Below are positions 9,337 to 17,089 of a stretch of DNA of 64,000 nt, piece by piece (the first letter of the stretch is position 1; the number at the start of each line of letters is the position of its first letter). The DNA comes from an uncultured Gammaproteobacteria bacterium (GTDB lineage Bacteria > Patescibacteriota > Microgenomatia > UBA8517), in NCBI GenBank assembly GCA_964600575.1, contig CAZRJH010000002.1, forward strand, positions 53,627-117,626, given 5' to 3'. A program made the position numbers and the translations under genes. The notes under the pieces were generated by a model that worked only from the letters and a program-made list of their open reading frames with translations, was not told where the DNA came from and did not search any database.

Positions 9337-9993
9337 TTAGTTATTTTCTTGTTTTTTATGAATCCAAACTTTTACTCCTACGTAACCTCTCTTTAAAGAG
9401 GCGGGCATTTGTGCATAGTCAACTGTTTCTCTAAGTGTTTGCGTTGGGACTGATCCTACATGAAACTTTTCGACTCTGCTGATTTCCGCTCCGTTAATAC
9501 GACCTGCCAAAACAACCTTGGCACCTAAAGCTCCCGCAGACATGACTCTTTCCAAAGCCTTCTGAACCGCGCGTCTGTGGGGTATTCTTCTCTCCATTTC
9601 CCCTACAATTCTGCCGGCCACCAAATGTGCAGACAATTCGGCATTTTTGACTTCGTTAATCCTTATATCTATTTTGAGATCCTTAACTTTCTTATTTCTG
9701 ACTTCGTTGATTATAGACATTACAAATTTTTTGACGTCTTCTATCCCCGTTCCTCCGCGGCCGATAACTACACCCGGCCTACTTACGGTTATTCCGATAA
9801 CCATACTTTTGGGCAATCTTTCGATTTCTACTGTTGTTACCCCCGCAAGTTTGAGTCTATCCATTAGACCCTTGCGGATTTTGATATCCTCCACCAAAAA
9901 GTCTTTTAGACTTTTGTTATCGGCAAACCACCTTGATTTCCAAGGAAGGAAACTACCGATTCTTATACCGATTGGATTAACCTTTTGTCCCAT
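9337..9993 (-). CDS. rpsC: 30S ribosomal protein S3
   Basis: MGQKVNPIGIR; KH motif RPGVVIGRGG; GRINGAEISR. Confidence 0.98.
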   Translation of the reverse strand: MGQKVNPIGIRIGSFLPWKSRWFADNKSLKDFLVEDIKIRKGLMDRLKLAGVTTVEIERLPKSMVIGITVSRPGVVIGRGGTGIEDVKKFVMSIINEVRNKKVKDLKIDIRINEVKNAELSAHLVAGRIVGEMERRIPHRRAVQKALERVMSAGALGAKVVLAGRINGAEISRVEKFHVGSVPTQTLRETVDYAQMPASLKRGYVGVKVWIHKKQENN

Positions 9994-10444
9994 TTTTCTT
10001 TTCAGCCTTTTTGGCTACAACTTTTTTAACTGTTTCTTTAACAACTTCTGCTTTAACTTCTTTTTTATCTTCCGTCTTTGCAACTTCGGCTTCGGCTAAC
10101 TTTACAGTCTTTCCGCTCACAAGAACCACTCTGATGTGCGACATTCTGTGTTTAAACGGGTGCCACCTACCCCGACTTGCCGCTCTTCCTCTTTTTAATC
10201 TGGGTCCTTCGCCAACCTGGATTTCCTTAAAAATCAAATCTACATCACTTGCACCTTGGTTTCTGGCATTTGCCAAAGCACTTTTGATAACTTTTGCTAC
10301 TGCTTCTCCTGCTCTTTTTTGAACAAAAGGAAGCTTTTCTACTGCATCAACAGGTTTCATTTTTTTAATAAGATCAGTAACTAATCTGATTTTTCTCGGA
10401 CTCATAATCAAATATTTTTGAGTTGATGTGTATGTTTTTTCCAT
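9977..10444 (-). CDS. rplV: 50S ribosomal protein L22 with K/E/A-rich C-terminal tail
   Basis: SPRKIRLV; KSALANA; GEGPRLKR...SHIRVV. Confidence 0.97.
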   Translation of the reverse strand: MEKTYTSTQKYLIMSPRKIRLVTDLIKKMKPVDAVEKLPFVQKRAGEAVAKVIKSALANARNQGASDVDLIFKEIQVGEGPRLKRGRAASRGRWHPFKHRMSHIRVVLVSGKTVKLAEAEVAKTEDKKEVKAEVVKETVKKVVAKKAEKKNGTKG

Positions 10445-10479
10445 ATTTTTAAGTTTTTACGTCCGTAGGACGAAGACGT

Positions 10480-10761
10480 TTACGTCTTATCCATTGTTCT
10501 CTTAACGATCTCTCCATGGCCTCTGAATGTTCTTGTAGGTGAAAATTCACCAAGCCTGTGACCAACCATATCTTCGGTAACAAAAACATCTATAAAGACT
10601 CTGCCGTTGTGAACTTGGAAATATTTGCCTACAAAGTCAGGGGCTATCTGGCATCTTCGGGACCACGTTTTGATAGGAGACTCTTTTGTCCCCATTCCTT
10701 TTTCTAACTTTTTGACTAGTATCGGGTCTACATATGGACCCTTTTTAGAACTTCGTGACAT
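10480..10761 (-). CDS. rpsS: 30S ribosomal protein S19
   Basis: [10 protein letters not shown]; KTWSRR; [15 protein letters not shown]. Confidence 0.98.
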   Translation of the reverse strand: MSRSSKKGPYVDPILVKKLEKGMGTKESPIKTWSRRCQIAPDFVGKYFQVHNGRVFIDVFVTEDMVGHRLGEFSPTRTFRGHGEIVKRTMDKT

Positions 10762-10767
10762 ATTTTA

Positions 10768-11520
10768 TTAACCCAGTAAGGCTTTGCCTCCTTTTCTTTG
10801 AACTATCAGTCTATCAGAGTATTTTCTTTTTAGCCTTGTTTTTCCTACTGCACTTCTACCATAGAAAGTTTTGGGACGTTTTAAACCTATACCACTTCTT
10901 CCCTCTCCTCCTCCGTGAGGATGTGCGTTAGGATGCATTGCAACTCCACGAACGGAAGGGCGAACTCCCATATGCCTTACTCTTCCGGCTTTGCCCATTA
11001 TCTCGTTTTTGGCATCTACATTACCAACCTGGCCGATAGTTGCGAGGCATTCCGGATCGAATCTCCTGATTTCTCCCGAAGGAAGTTTAACCAATATCCA
11101 AGCTTCTTCTCTCCCGAAAATTATAGCTGCGCTTCCCGCGCCTTTGACCATTTGTCCACCTTTGCCTTTGGTTATTTCGATATTATGAACTTGTGCACCT
11201 ACCGGAATCGACTTCAAAGGAAGGGTATTTCCAGGCTCTATTGGGGCTGATTCGGAACTGATAACTTTCATTCCAGCTTTTAGCCCAACCGGAGACAAAA
11301 TATACCCTCTGATTCCGTTTTCGTAAAGAACTAAAGCAATTTCGGAATTTCTATTTGGATCGTACTCAATTTTTTCTACAACTCCCCAAACATCTTTATT
11401 ATCTCTTTTAAAGTCGATTGCCCTTAGAAATCTTTTGTTTCTTCCGCCTTGATGCCTAACGACGACCGTTCCAAATGCTCGACCTGATTTTTTAGGTAGT
11501 AATGATTTTAGTCTTTTCAT
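10768..11520 (-). CDS. rplB: 50S ribosomal protein L2 (short N-terminus)
   Basis: RHQGG; IEYDPNR; RPSVRGVAMHPNAHPHGGGEG. Confidence 0.98.
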   Translation of the reverse strand: MKRLKSLLPKKSGRAFGTVVVRHQGGRNKRFLRAIDFKRDNKDVWGVVEKIEYDPNRNSEIALVLYENGIRGYILSPVGLKAGMKVISSESAPIEPGNTLPLKSIPVGAQVHNIEITKGKGGQMVKGAGSAAIIFGREEAWILVKLPSGEIRRFDPECLATIGQVGNVDAKNEIMGKAGRVRHMGVRPSVRGVAMHPNAHPHGGGEGRSGIGLKRPKTFYGRSAVGKTRLKRKYSDRLIVQRKGGKALLG

Positions 11521-11792
11521 TTCTTTGTTTCTTCAAAAATATCTATCTTTTCGTTATCTTTGAGTGTCACGACTGCCTTTTTGGAAGGAAGAATATTAAT
11601 TTTCTTTCCGCGCACACTTCTTTTAGCCTCCCCGGGAACAGTAATTGTCTTGATTGTTAAAACATGTACACCAAACATCTTGGCAATTTCTGCCTTGAGT
11701 GCGGGTTTTGCTGCATTTTTAGCTACCCAAAAAGTATATTTACCTTGTCGGGCCAGTGTTAAACTTTTTTCTGTAAATACGGGTTTGATCAT
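11517..11792 (-). CDS. rplW: 50S ribosomal protein L23
   Basis: KPVFTEKS; KKAVVTL. Confidence 0.96.
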   Translation of the reverse strand: MIKPVFTEKSLTLARQGKYTFWVAKNAAKPALKAEIAKMFGVHVLTIKTITVPGEAKRSVRGKKINILPSKKAVVTLKDNEKIDIFEETKK

Positions 11793-11797
11793 GTTAG

Positions 11798-12451
11798 TTA
11801 TTTCTTTGCCTCAGCTTTTTTGGTTGTTTTTTCCGACTTTTTTTCTGTTTCAAAAATATCTGCATCCATTACAACCATTCCGCCGCGTGCTACATCGAAA
11901 GCATTTGCGTCTTTAAAAGAAACGGGGACAGCGTTGCCTAAATTTCTAATAAACTTTCTTGCCGCAATATTCTTGTCTGCAAGAAGAAAAGTGAACCTTT
12001 CGCTTTTGGTTTCTGCCGTGAGTTTTTTAAGAAATTCTCCTGCAACTTTTGTCTTATCTATTTTGGAAAGTCCTTCTACCGCAACCAAAGACTTTTCTCC
12101 TGCTTTATAAACAAAAGCTGTCATCTTTGCCAAGGATTTTAAGGCAGAGGTTAGATTTACTATTCTTCTTTCCGGTCTAGGACCAAAAGTAATTCCACCA
12201 CCTACGAACACATTGGCTCTTCTACTTCCATGCCTGGCTCCACCCGTTCCTTTTTGCTTGTAGATCTTTTTTGTAGTTCTATTTACCTCTGATCTTGTTT
12301 TTGTGTTCCTGAGACCCACATGAGATCTTTCCTCATAGACTCTGACTGCTTGCGCCAAAAGAGGAAGGTTGAGCTTGACATCAAATTCCTTAGGAAGTGT
12401 TGTCTCGCCCTTTTTTTCTCCTTTAAGTGTGTATATATTAATTTTTAACAT
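11798..12451 (-). CDS. rplD: 50S ribosomal protein L4
   Basis: TKTRSEV...KIYKQKGTGGARHGS...GGGITFGPRP. Confidence 0.98.
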   Translation of the reverse strand: MLKINIYTLKGEKKGETTLPKEFDVKLNLPLLAQAVRVYEERSHVGLRNTKTRSEVNRTTKKIYKQKGTGGARHGSRRANVFVGGGITFGPRPERRIVNLTSALKSLAKMTAFVYKAGEKSLVAVEGLSKIDKTKVAGEFLKKLTAETKSERFTFLLADKNIAARKFIRNLGNAVPVSFKDANAFDVARGGMVVMDADIFETEKKSEKTTKKAEAKK

Positions 12452-12456
12452 TCTAA

Positions 12457-13182
12457 TTATTCCGTTTTAGGAGCGGATCCTGCTGTTTTTGCTCCTTCGC
12501 CTTCGGTAACTTGCGCAACTGTTTCGTGTTCCAAATCTTTAAGGCTTCCTGCTTTGATTTTTTTAATAGAAAGAAGTGTTCCGGTACTTCCGGGCACCTG
12601 ACCAGAAATTTCTACCTCGCCTGAATCCGCATTAACGGAAACTACATGCAAGTTTTTGACTGTAACCTGATCTCCACCCATTCTTCCTGCCATTCTTTTA
12701 CCTCTGTAAACTCTACCAGGAGTAGTGGTTTGTCCGATTGAACCCGGAGCACGCTCTCTATCGGATTGTCCGTGTGTTCTTGGACCACCTCTAAACCCGT
12801 GCTTTTTGACAACTCCAGCGAAACCTTTGCCCTTAGAAACTCCTGTAACCGCTACAACATCCCCAGGAGAAAAAATATCGGCGACCTTTATAGTGTCGCC
12901 TACTTTAAACTCCGGTTCGCTGTCTAATCTAATTTCTCTGAGATGTCTTGGGAAGGAATTTTCTTTTGAACTTGATTTGAGGTGTCCTTGGAGTGCTTTG
13001 GAGGTTACTTTTGTGCGTCTTGTACCAAATCCGATTTGTACTGCCCAGTAACCGTCTTTGTCCATCTTCTTAATTTGGGTCACGGTACAGGGGCCCGCTA
13101 TTACCTTGGTAACGGGAATTCTAAAACCTTCTATAAAGGTCTGACTATTTTTCAGCTTTGAACCTAATATTGTATTAATCAT
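12457..13182 (-). CDS. rplC: 50S ribosomal protein L3
   Basis: DGYWAVQIG; SKGKGFAGVVKKHGF; RAPGSIG...PGRVYRGKRMAGRMG. Confidence 0.98.
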   Translation of the reverse strand: MINTILGSKLKNSQTFIEGFRIPVTKVIAGPCTVTQIKKMDKDGYWAVQIGFGTRRTKVTSKALQGHLKSSSKENSFPRHLREIRLDSEPEFKVGDTIKVADIFSPGDVVAVTGVSKGKGFAGVVKKHGFRGGPRTHGQSDRERAPGSIGQTTTPGRVYRGKRMAGRMGGDQVTVKNLHVVSVNADSGEVEISGQVPGSTGTLLSIKKIKAGSLKDLEHETVAQVTEGEGAKTAGSAPKTE

Positions 13183-13351
13183 ATTTGTTTTGGACCCGTT
13201 CGACTCCTACGTCGCTCAGGGCATTAAACAAAAAAAAGCGCCTCTCGCGGCGCCTATGAGGCACTGCCAAAGACTAGCTTTGTGGTTGAGCAAAATTCAT
13301 AACCACCATATTGTTACTCGGAATTATATCAGATAGGGCCCTGCCCCGCAA
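13183..13351 (-). promoter_or_regulatory. rplC promoter and structured leader containing an intrinsic terminator
   Basis: Minus strand: TTGCGG(13351-13346)-17 nt-TATAAT(13328-13323); leader contains GCGCC-GCGAGA-GGCGC followed by T8 (13253-13230). Confidence 0.75.
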
Positions 13352-13368
13352 GCACGGGGGAAGGGAAC

Positions 13369-13400
13369 AAAAAAGGCCCAAACCTAGAAAGATTTGGGCC
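13369..13400 (-). terminator. Intrinsic terminator of the Nfu_N-like gene
   Basis: GGCCCAAA...TTTGGGCC stem followed by T6 on the minus strand. Confidence 0.8.
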
Positions 13401-13421
13401 GAAGGCCTGTTGATTTATTGC

Positions 13422-13793
13422 TTAGCTTTTCAAGATGACCTTGACGCGCCGCCAGGTGAGCAAGATCGGGTTTTCTTTCTGGAAAGCGATCTTTCCATAA
13501 ACCGACTCGAAGGCGTCACGGATCAGTGGTGAAAGCTCATCCCAGCTGTGAGTGGCGAGTTTGTAAACCCGTAATTCACCTTTTGAGATTCGAACGCTAT
13601 TCACGCCGTGGATGCCCATGACCAGAACAGCGAGTTGTGAGCCTTTCTCACCAACCTCTTTTTGCTCTTTCTCGTCCAACGGGGCAGTGCGAACATAACT
13701 CCCGTGCGAGAGATCAAAATCCGTCAAAAACTGTTTTCCGGGATTGAGGTCGGAAAGTTCCCATTCATTTACGCGTGGTAAACCGTTTGTCAT
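13422..13793 (-). CDS. Nfu/NifU N-terminal-like domain protein
   Basis: SQLAVLVMGIHGVNSVRI...LRVYK...SWDELSPLI resembles the Nfu_N pattern (SPLA..LF.IPGV..V....ITVTK....W..L.P.I); AGAGG SD upstream. Confidence 0.6.
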   Translation of the reverse strand: MTNGLPRVNEWELSDLNPGKQFLTDFDLSHGSYVRTAPLDEKEQKEVGEKGSQLAVLVMGIHGVNSVRISKGELRVYKLATHSWDELSPLIRDAFESVYGKIAFQKENPILLTWRRVKVILKS

Positions 13794-13840
13794 TCTTGCC
13801 TCTTTTCGTTAATTCATTAATTAGATTCTACCGAACGAGG

Positions 13841-13890
13841 TTGTTGGTAGTTTTCCAACCATTGTTTCTTGGTCAGAAAACTACCAACAA
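13841..13890 (-). repeat. Perfect 15-bp inverted repeat (long hairpin)
   Basis: TTGTTGGTAGTTTTC (13841-13855) and GAAAACTACCAACAA (13876-13890); extends to 21 bp with G-U pairs only on the minus strand. Confidence 0.85.
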
Positions 13891-13982
13891 AGCATTTAAA
13901 GTACTAAACAACCTTACGAGAAGGTATTTTAACACAATTTGTTGTCGATATCAAACTATAGGTTTATGTGTTACAATCACCC

Positions 13983-14159
13983 ATGACCGTAGAAAGAATT
14001 TATATAGTTACCAGGAAAAATACTGCGGGGGTGGAAGAGATCATTCAGATACCCGAAAGCCAAATGGCAGCCTACAGGGCTAGTCTGGTAGAAAAAATTG
14101 AAACTGACAGACAAGCTGACTCTGAGGCCAAAACAGTACCACCAGCCGAAATAGTATAA
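13983..14159 (+). CDS. Small hypothetical protein (58 aa)
   Basis: MTVERIYIVTRK...; TG-T-TACAAT lies 5 nt upstream of ATG 13983; fills the gap and converges on 14163. Confidence 0.55.
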   Translation: MTVERIYIVTRKNTAGVEEIIQIPESQMAAYRASLVEKIETDRQADSEAKTVPPAEIV

Positions 14160-14162
14160 AAA

Positions 14163-14591
14163 CTAGCGTATTTTTACGCCCGAAGTGTCAATATCGGCAA
14201 TAGTAAAGCTAAACAACCTGGTCATATTCTTATCCGCAACCAAGAAACTTCCCCTACCCGACAAAATGTCCAAGTGAGTTCTTTCCTCGGTATTAATACT
14301 TCCGCCAACACTAGTGGTTGCATATTTAGCACCTTCTACTTTGCTTAGATGCCTGGCGGCCTTAAGGACGAGAACAGGATCTTCCGTTTCTATACGGAGA
14401 GTAGTTAGGGGTAGTTTAACAATCCAATTCATTTCCAAGGCAGTCTTAATTGCTTTCTCTGTTTGTTTTCCGTATTCAGTAGCATCCGCATCACGATTTT
14501 CGCTTGCAGCTTTTTGCCAATTTTCCAATGAAGAAACTAATTCTACTTCAAGTTTGTCTATATCTACTTCACTTTTTGTAGTCTCTGTCAT
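14163..14591 (-). CDS. Hypothetical protein directly downstream of rpsJ
   Basis: 142-aa ORF starting 3 nt after the rpsJ stop; no recognised motif. Confidence 0.7.
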   Translation of the reverse strand: MTETTKSEVDIDKLEVELVSSLENWQKAASENRDADATEYGKQTEKAIKTALEMNWIVKLPLTTLRIETEDPVLVLKAARHLSKVEGAKYATTSVGGSINTEERTHLDILSGRGSFLVADKNMTRLFSFTIADIDTSGVKIR

Positions 14592-14594
14592 ACT

Positions 14595-14900
14595 TTACAT
14601 CTTAATCTCGATAGAAACTCCCGCGGGGAGATCCAGATTGCCCAAAGAATCTACAGTTCTTGGGGTTGGGTCAATAATATCTATAAGTCTTTTGTGCGTT
14701 AGAACTTCAAAATGTTCTTGGGCATCTTTGTCCGTAAAAGGAGATTCTTTGATTGCCATTACGGAGCGGTTTGTGGGAAGAGGAATAGGACCGACAATTT
14801 TTGCACCTGAAGATAGCGCGGTATCTATAATTTTACCGGCTGCCTCATCTAAGACCCTGTGGTCATAACTTTTAAGTTTGACTCTTAGTCTAATTGCCAT
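14595..14900 (-). CDS. rpsJ: 30S ribosomal protein S10
   Basis: [10 protein letters not shown]; GPIPLPT; HKRLIDI; LPAGV. Confidence 0.98.
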   Translation of the reverse strand: MAIRLRVKLKSYDHRVLDEAAGKIIDTALSSGAKIVGPIPLPTNRSVMAIKESPFTDKDAQEHFEVLTHKRLIDIIDPTPRTVDSLGNLDLPAGVSIEIKM

Positions 14901-14939
14901 ATTCCTATGAAAGAGCTAGAAGCGTAAAGCTTTTAGCGG

Positions 14940-16130
14940 TTATACAAGTACCTTGGTGATAACTCCTGCACCTACTGTGTGTCCGCCTTCTCTGATTGCA
15001 AATCTAAGACCCTCCTCGAGCGCTACCGGTTGAATAAGTTTAACTTTCATTTTTGCGTTGTCTCCAGGCATAACCATTTCGATTCCTTCTGGTAGAGTTG
15101 CTTCTCCTGTTACATCTGCAGTTCTAATATAGAACTGGGGTTTGTAACCTGTGAAGAAAGGTGTGTGTCTTCCACCTTCTTCTTTGGAAAGAATATAAAC
15201 TTCTGCTTCGAATTCTGTGTGAGGGGTAACGCTGCCTGATTTAGCAAGAACTTGACCTCTTTCGACTTGATCTTTTTCGACACCTCTAAGAAGAACTCCT
15301 ACGTTATCTCCTGCCATAGCTTCATCAAGTGTCTTTCTAAACATTTCAAGACCTGTGACTATAGATTTTGCTGTGTCTTTAATACCGACAATTTCGATTT
15401 CTTCGTTAACTTTGATAACTCCGCGCTCTACTCTACCTGTGACTACTGTTCCGCGTCCAGAAATTGTGAATACGTCTTCGACAGGCATTAAGAAAGGTTT
15501 GTCTGTTTGTCTTACGGGATCGGGAATGTAGTTATCAACTGCATCCATAAGTTCTGTAATTTTCTTTTCTGCTTCTGCGTCACCTTCTACAGCTTTTAGA
15601 GCGGATCCTCTGATTACAGGAACTTCGTCTCCCGGATATTCATATTTCTTAAGAAGTTCTCTTACATCTGCTTCGACCAAATCAATGATTTCGGGGTCAT
15701 CTACCGTGTCACATTTGTTGAGGAAAACTACGAGTGCAGGAACATTAACTTGTCTTGCCAAAATAACGTGCTCTCTAGTTTGAGGCATAGGTCCGTCTGC
15801 TGCGGAAACTACCAAAATAGCTCCGTCCATTTGAGCTGCACCGGTAATCATGTTCTTGATGTAGTCAGCATGACCAGGAGCATCGATGTGTGCATAATGT
15901 CTTTTTGCTGTTTGATATTCTTGATGAGAAAGATTAATTGTAACTCCTCTTTCTTTTTCTTCGGGAGCGGAATCGATGTCTTCGTATTTCTTAGCTGTGG
16001 CGAGTCCTTGCTTGGCAAGAACCATGGTAATTGCGGAGGTTAGAGTTGTCTTTCCGTGATCAACGTGACCAATAGTACCAATGTTTACATGGGGTTTGCT
16101 GCGATCAAATTTTTGTTTTGCGTCTGCCAT
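14940..16130 (-). CDS. tuf: Elongation factor Tu
   Basis: [22 protein letters not shown]; GGRHTPFF. Confidence 0.99.
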   Translation of the reverse strand: MADAKQKFDRSKPHVNIGTIGHVDHGKTTLTSAITMVLAKQGLATAKKYEDIDSAPEEKERGVTINLSHQEYQTAKRHYAHIDAPGHADYIKNMITGAAQMDGAILVVSAADGPMPQTREHVILARQVNVPALVVFLNKCDTVDDPEIIDLVEADVRELLKKYEYPGDEVPVIRGSALKAVEGDAEAEKKITELMDAVDNYIPDPVRQTDKPFLMPVEDVFTISGRGTVVTGRVERGVIKVNEEIEIVGIKDTAKSIVTGLEMFRKTLDEAMAGDNVGVLLRGVEKDQVERGQVLAKSGSVTPHTEFEAEVYILSKEEGGRHTPFFTGYKPQFYIRTADVTGEATLPEGIEMVMPGDNAKMKVKLIQPVALEEGLRFAIREGGHTVGAGVITKVLV

Positions 16131-16240
16131 TTTATTAATTTTGCCGAAAGGCTAGTATAAATAACTGTCTTTCAAAAAACAAGAGGCACATTCAGCCTCG
16201 ATTAGTTGTAATTATAATCGAGCCTATTTAAGGCTGTCAA
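16131..16240 (-). promoter_or_regulatory. tuf promoter and leader with a terminator-like hairpin
   Basis: TTGACA(16240-16235)-18 nt-TATAAT(16216-16211); GAGGC-TGAATGT-GCCTC followed by TTGTTTTTT. Confidence 0.7.
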
Positions 16241-16250
16241 TAGGTATATT

Positions 16251-17048
16251 CTACTTTTTAGTCGAACTGGCTGAAAAATTCACGGCCGTAACAATTAAAG
16301 CCACTATTGTAAAAGTGAACGGGAAAGCTTTCCAACCAACATAAGTATTCAAAGCTTCTAGAATTAAAGGAAGTGTCATGGAAAAGACCGCAACTTTGTA
16401 GGACTCTTTGTAGGTTAGGCTTTTTTTAAGTACTTTTGCCAAAAGCAAAACCAAAAGTGCCAGGAAAAATCCGTACACTAGCCTGAAAGATTGCAGTATA
16501 TAAAGGGTTACCAAGGCAAACACCATTATTAACGGACCAAGATATGGTATCCAGGGAGAAATCTTTGAACCAAAACTGTTAACCAGCTCTTTGTTAATCG
16601 TCATATCTTTCATTTGATAGAAACTCTGGCTTTTAATGGCCCCTCCGCTTTCTTCGCTAAAAACCGAATCTTTAGTCACCCAAACCGGCACCCCGTATTT
16701 TTTGAACTGTTCTACTGAATACGGAGTCTTTGTATCTATAACTGCAAATTTATTATTTGTTTTATCCGCTAAGAAATATGGCTCTTTTACGTTTGTAGAC
16801 AAATTGCCCGACTTGAAAGTAAGTACGAGATTGTTGGGATATGTGTCTATAAGTTCAACAACCGTGGTTCTTATTTTTCCTGAAAATGCGAATAAAAATT
16901 CCGGCATACTTTTGCCAAACATCAGAAGTTCAACTAAAAGCAAAAGCAAGAAAAAATATCCCAAAACTGGGCCTATCGTCATCTTTGGAATCTGTGAATA
17001 AAAGGCCGGTGAATAAATGCTTGCAGCAATTTTCTTGAAGAAATTCAT
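16251..17048 (-). CDS. DUF1189-like membrane protein
   Basis: N-terminal SIYSPAFY plus TM, soluble middle region, C-terminal TMs with LTYKESYKVAVFSMTLP. Confidence 0.7.
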   Translation of the reverse strand: MNFFKKIAASIYSPAFYSQIPKMTIGPVLGYFFLLLLLVELLMFGKSMPEFLFAFSGKIRTTVVELIDTYPNNLVLTFKSGNLSTNVKEPYFLADKTNNKFAVIDTKTPYSVEQFKKYGVPVWVTKDSVFSEESGGAIKSQSFYQMKDMTINKELVNSFGSKISPWIPYLGPLIMVFALVTLYILQSFRLVYGFFLALLVLLLAKVLKKSLTYKESYKVAVFSMTLPLILEALNTYVGWKAFPFTFTIVALIVTAVNFSASSTKK

Positions 17049-17089
17049 ATATTTTTAAGTTAGCACCGTGGGGGTTTTAAGTCAACAGA

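Noticed and set aside
13190-13225. GTTCGACTCC resembling a tRNA T-loop
   Set aside because: The flanks do not form a T-stem, and there is no acceptor, D or anticodon arm; treated as a palindromic element.
13311-13532. Plus-strand 73-aa ORF upstream of rplC
   Set aside because: It overlaps the rplC promoter, a terminator and the Nfu_N-like gene, with no supporting signals.
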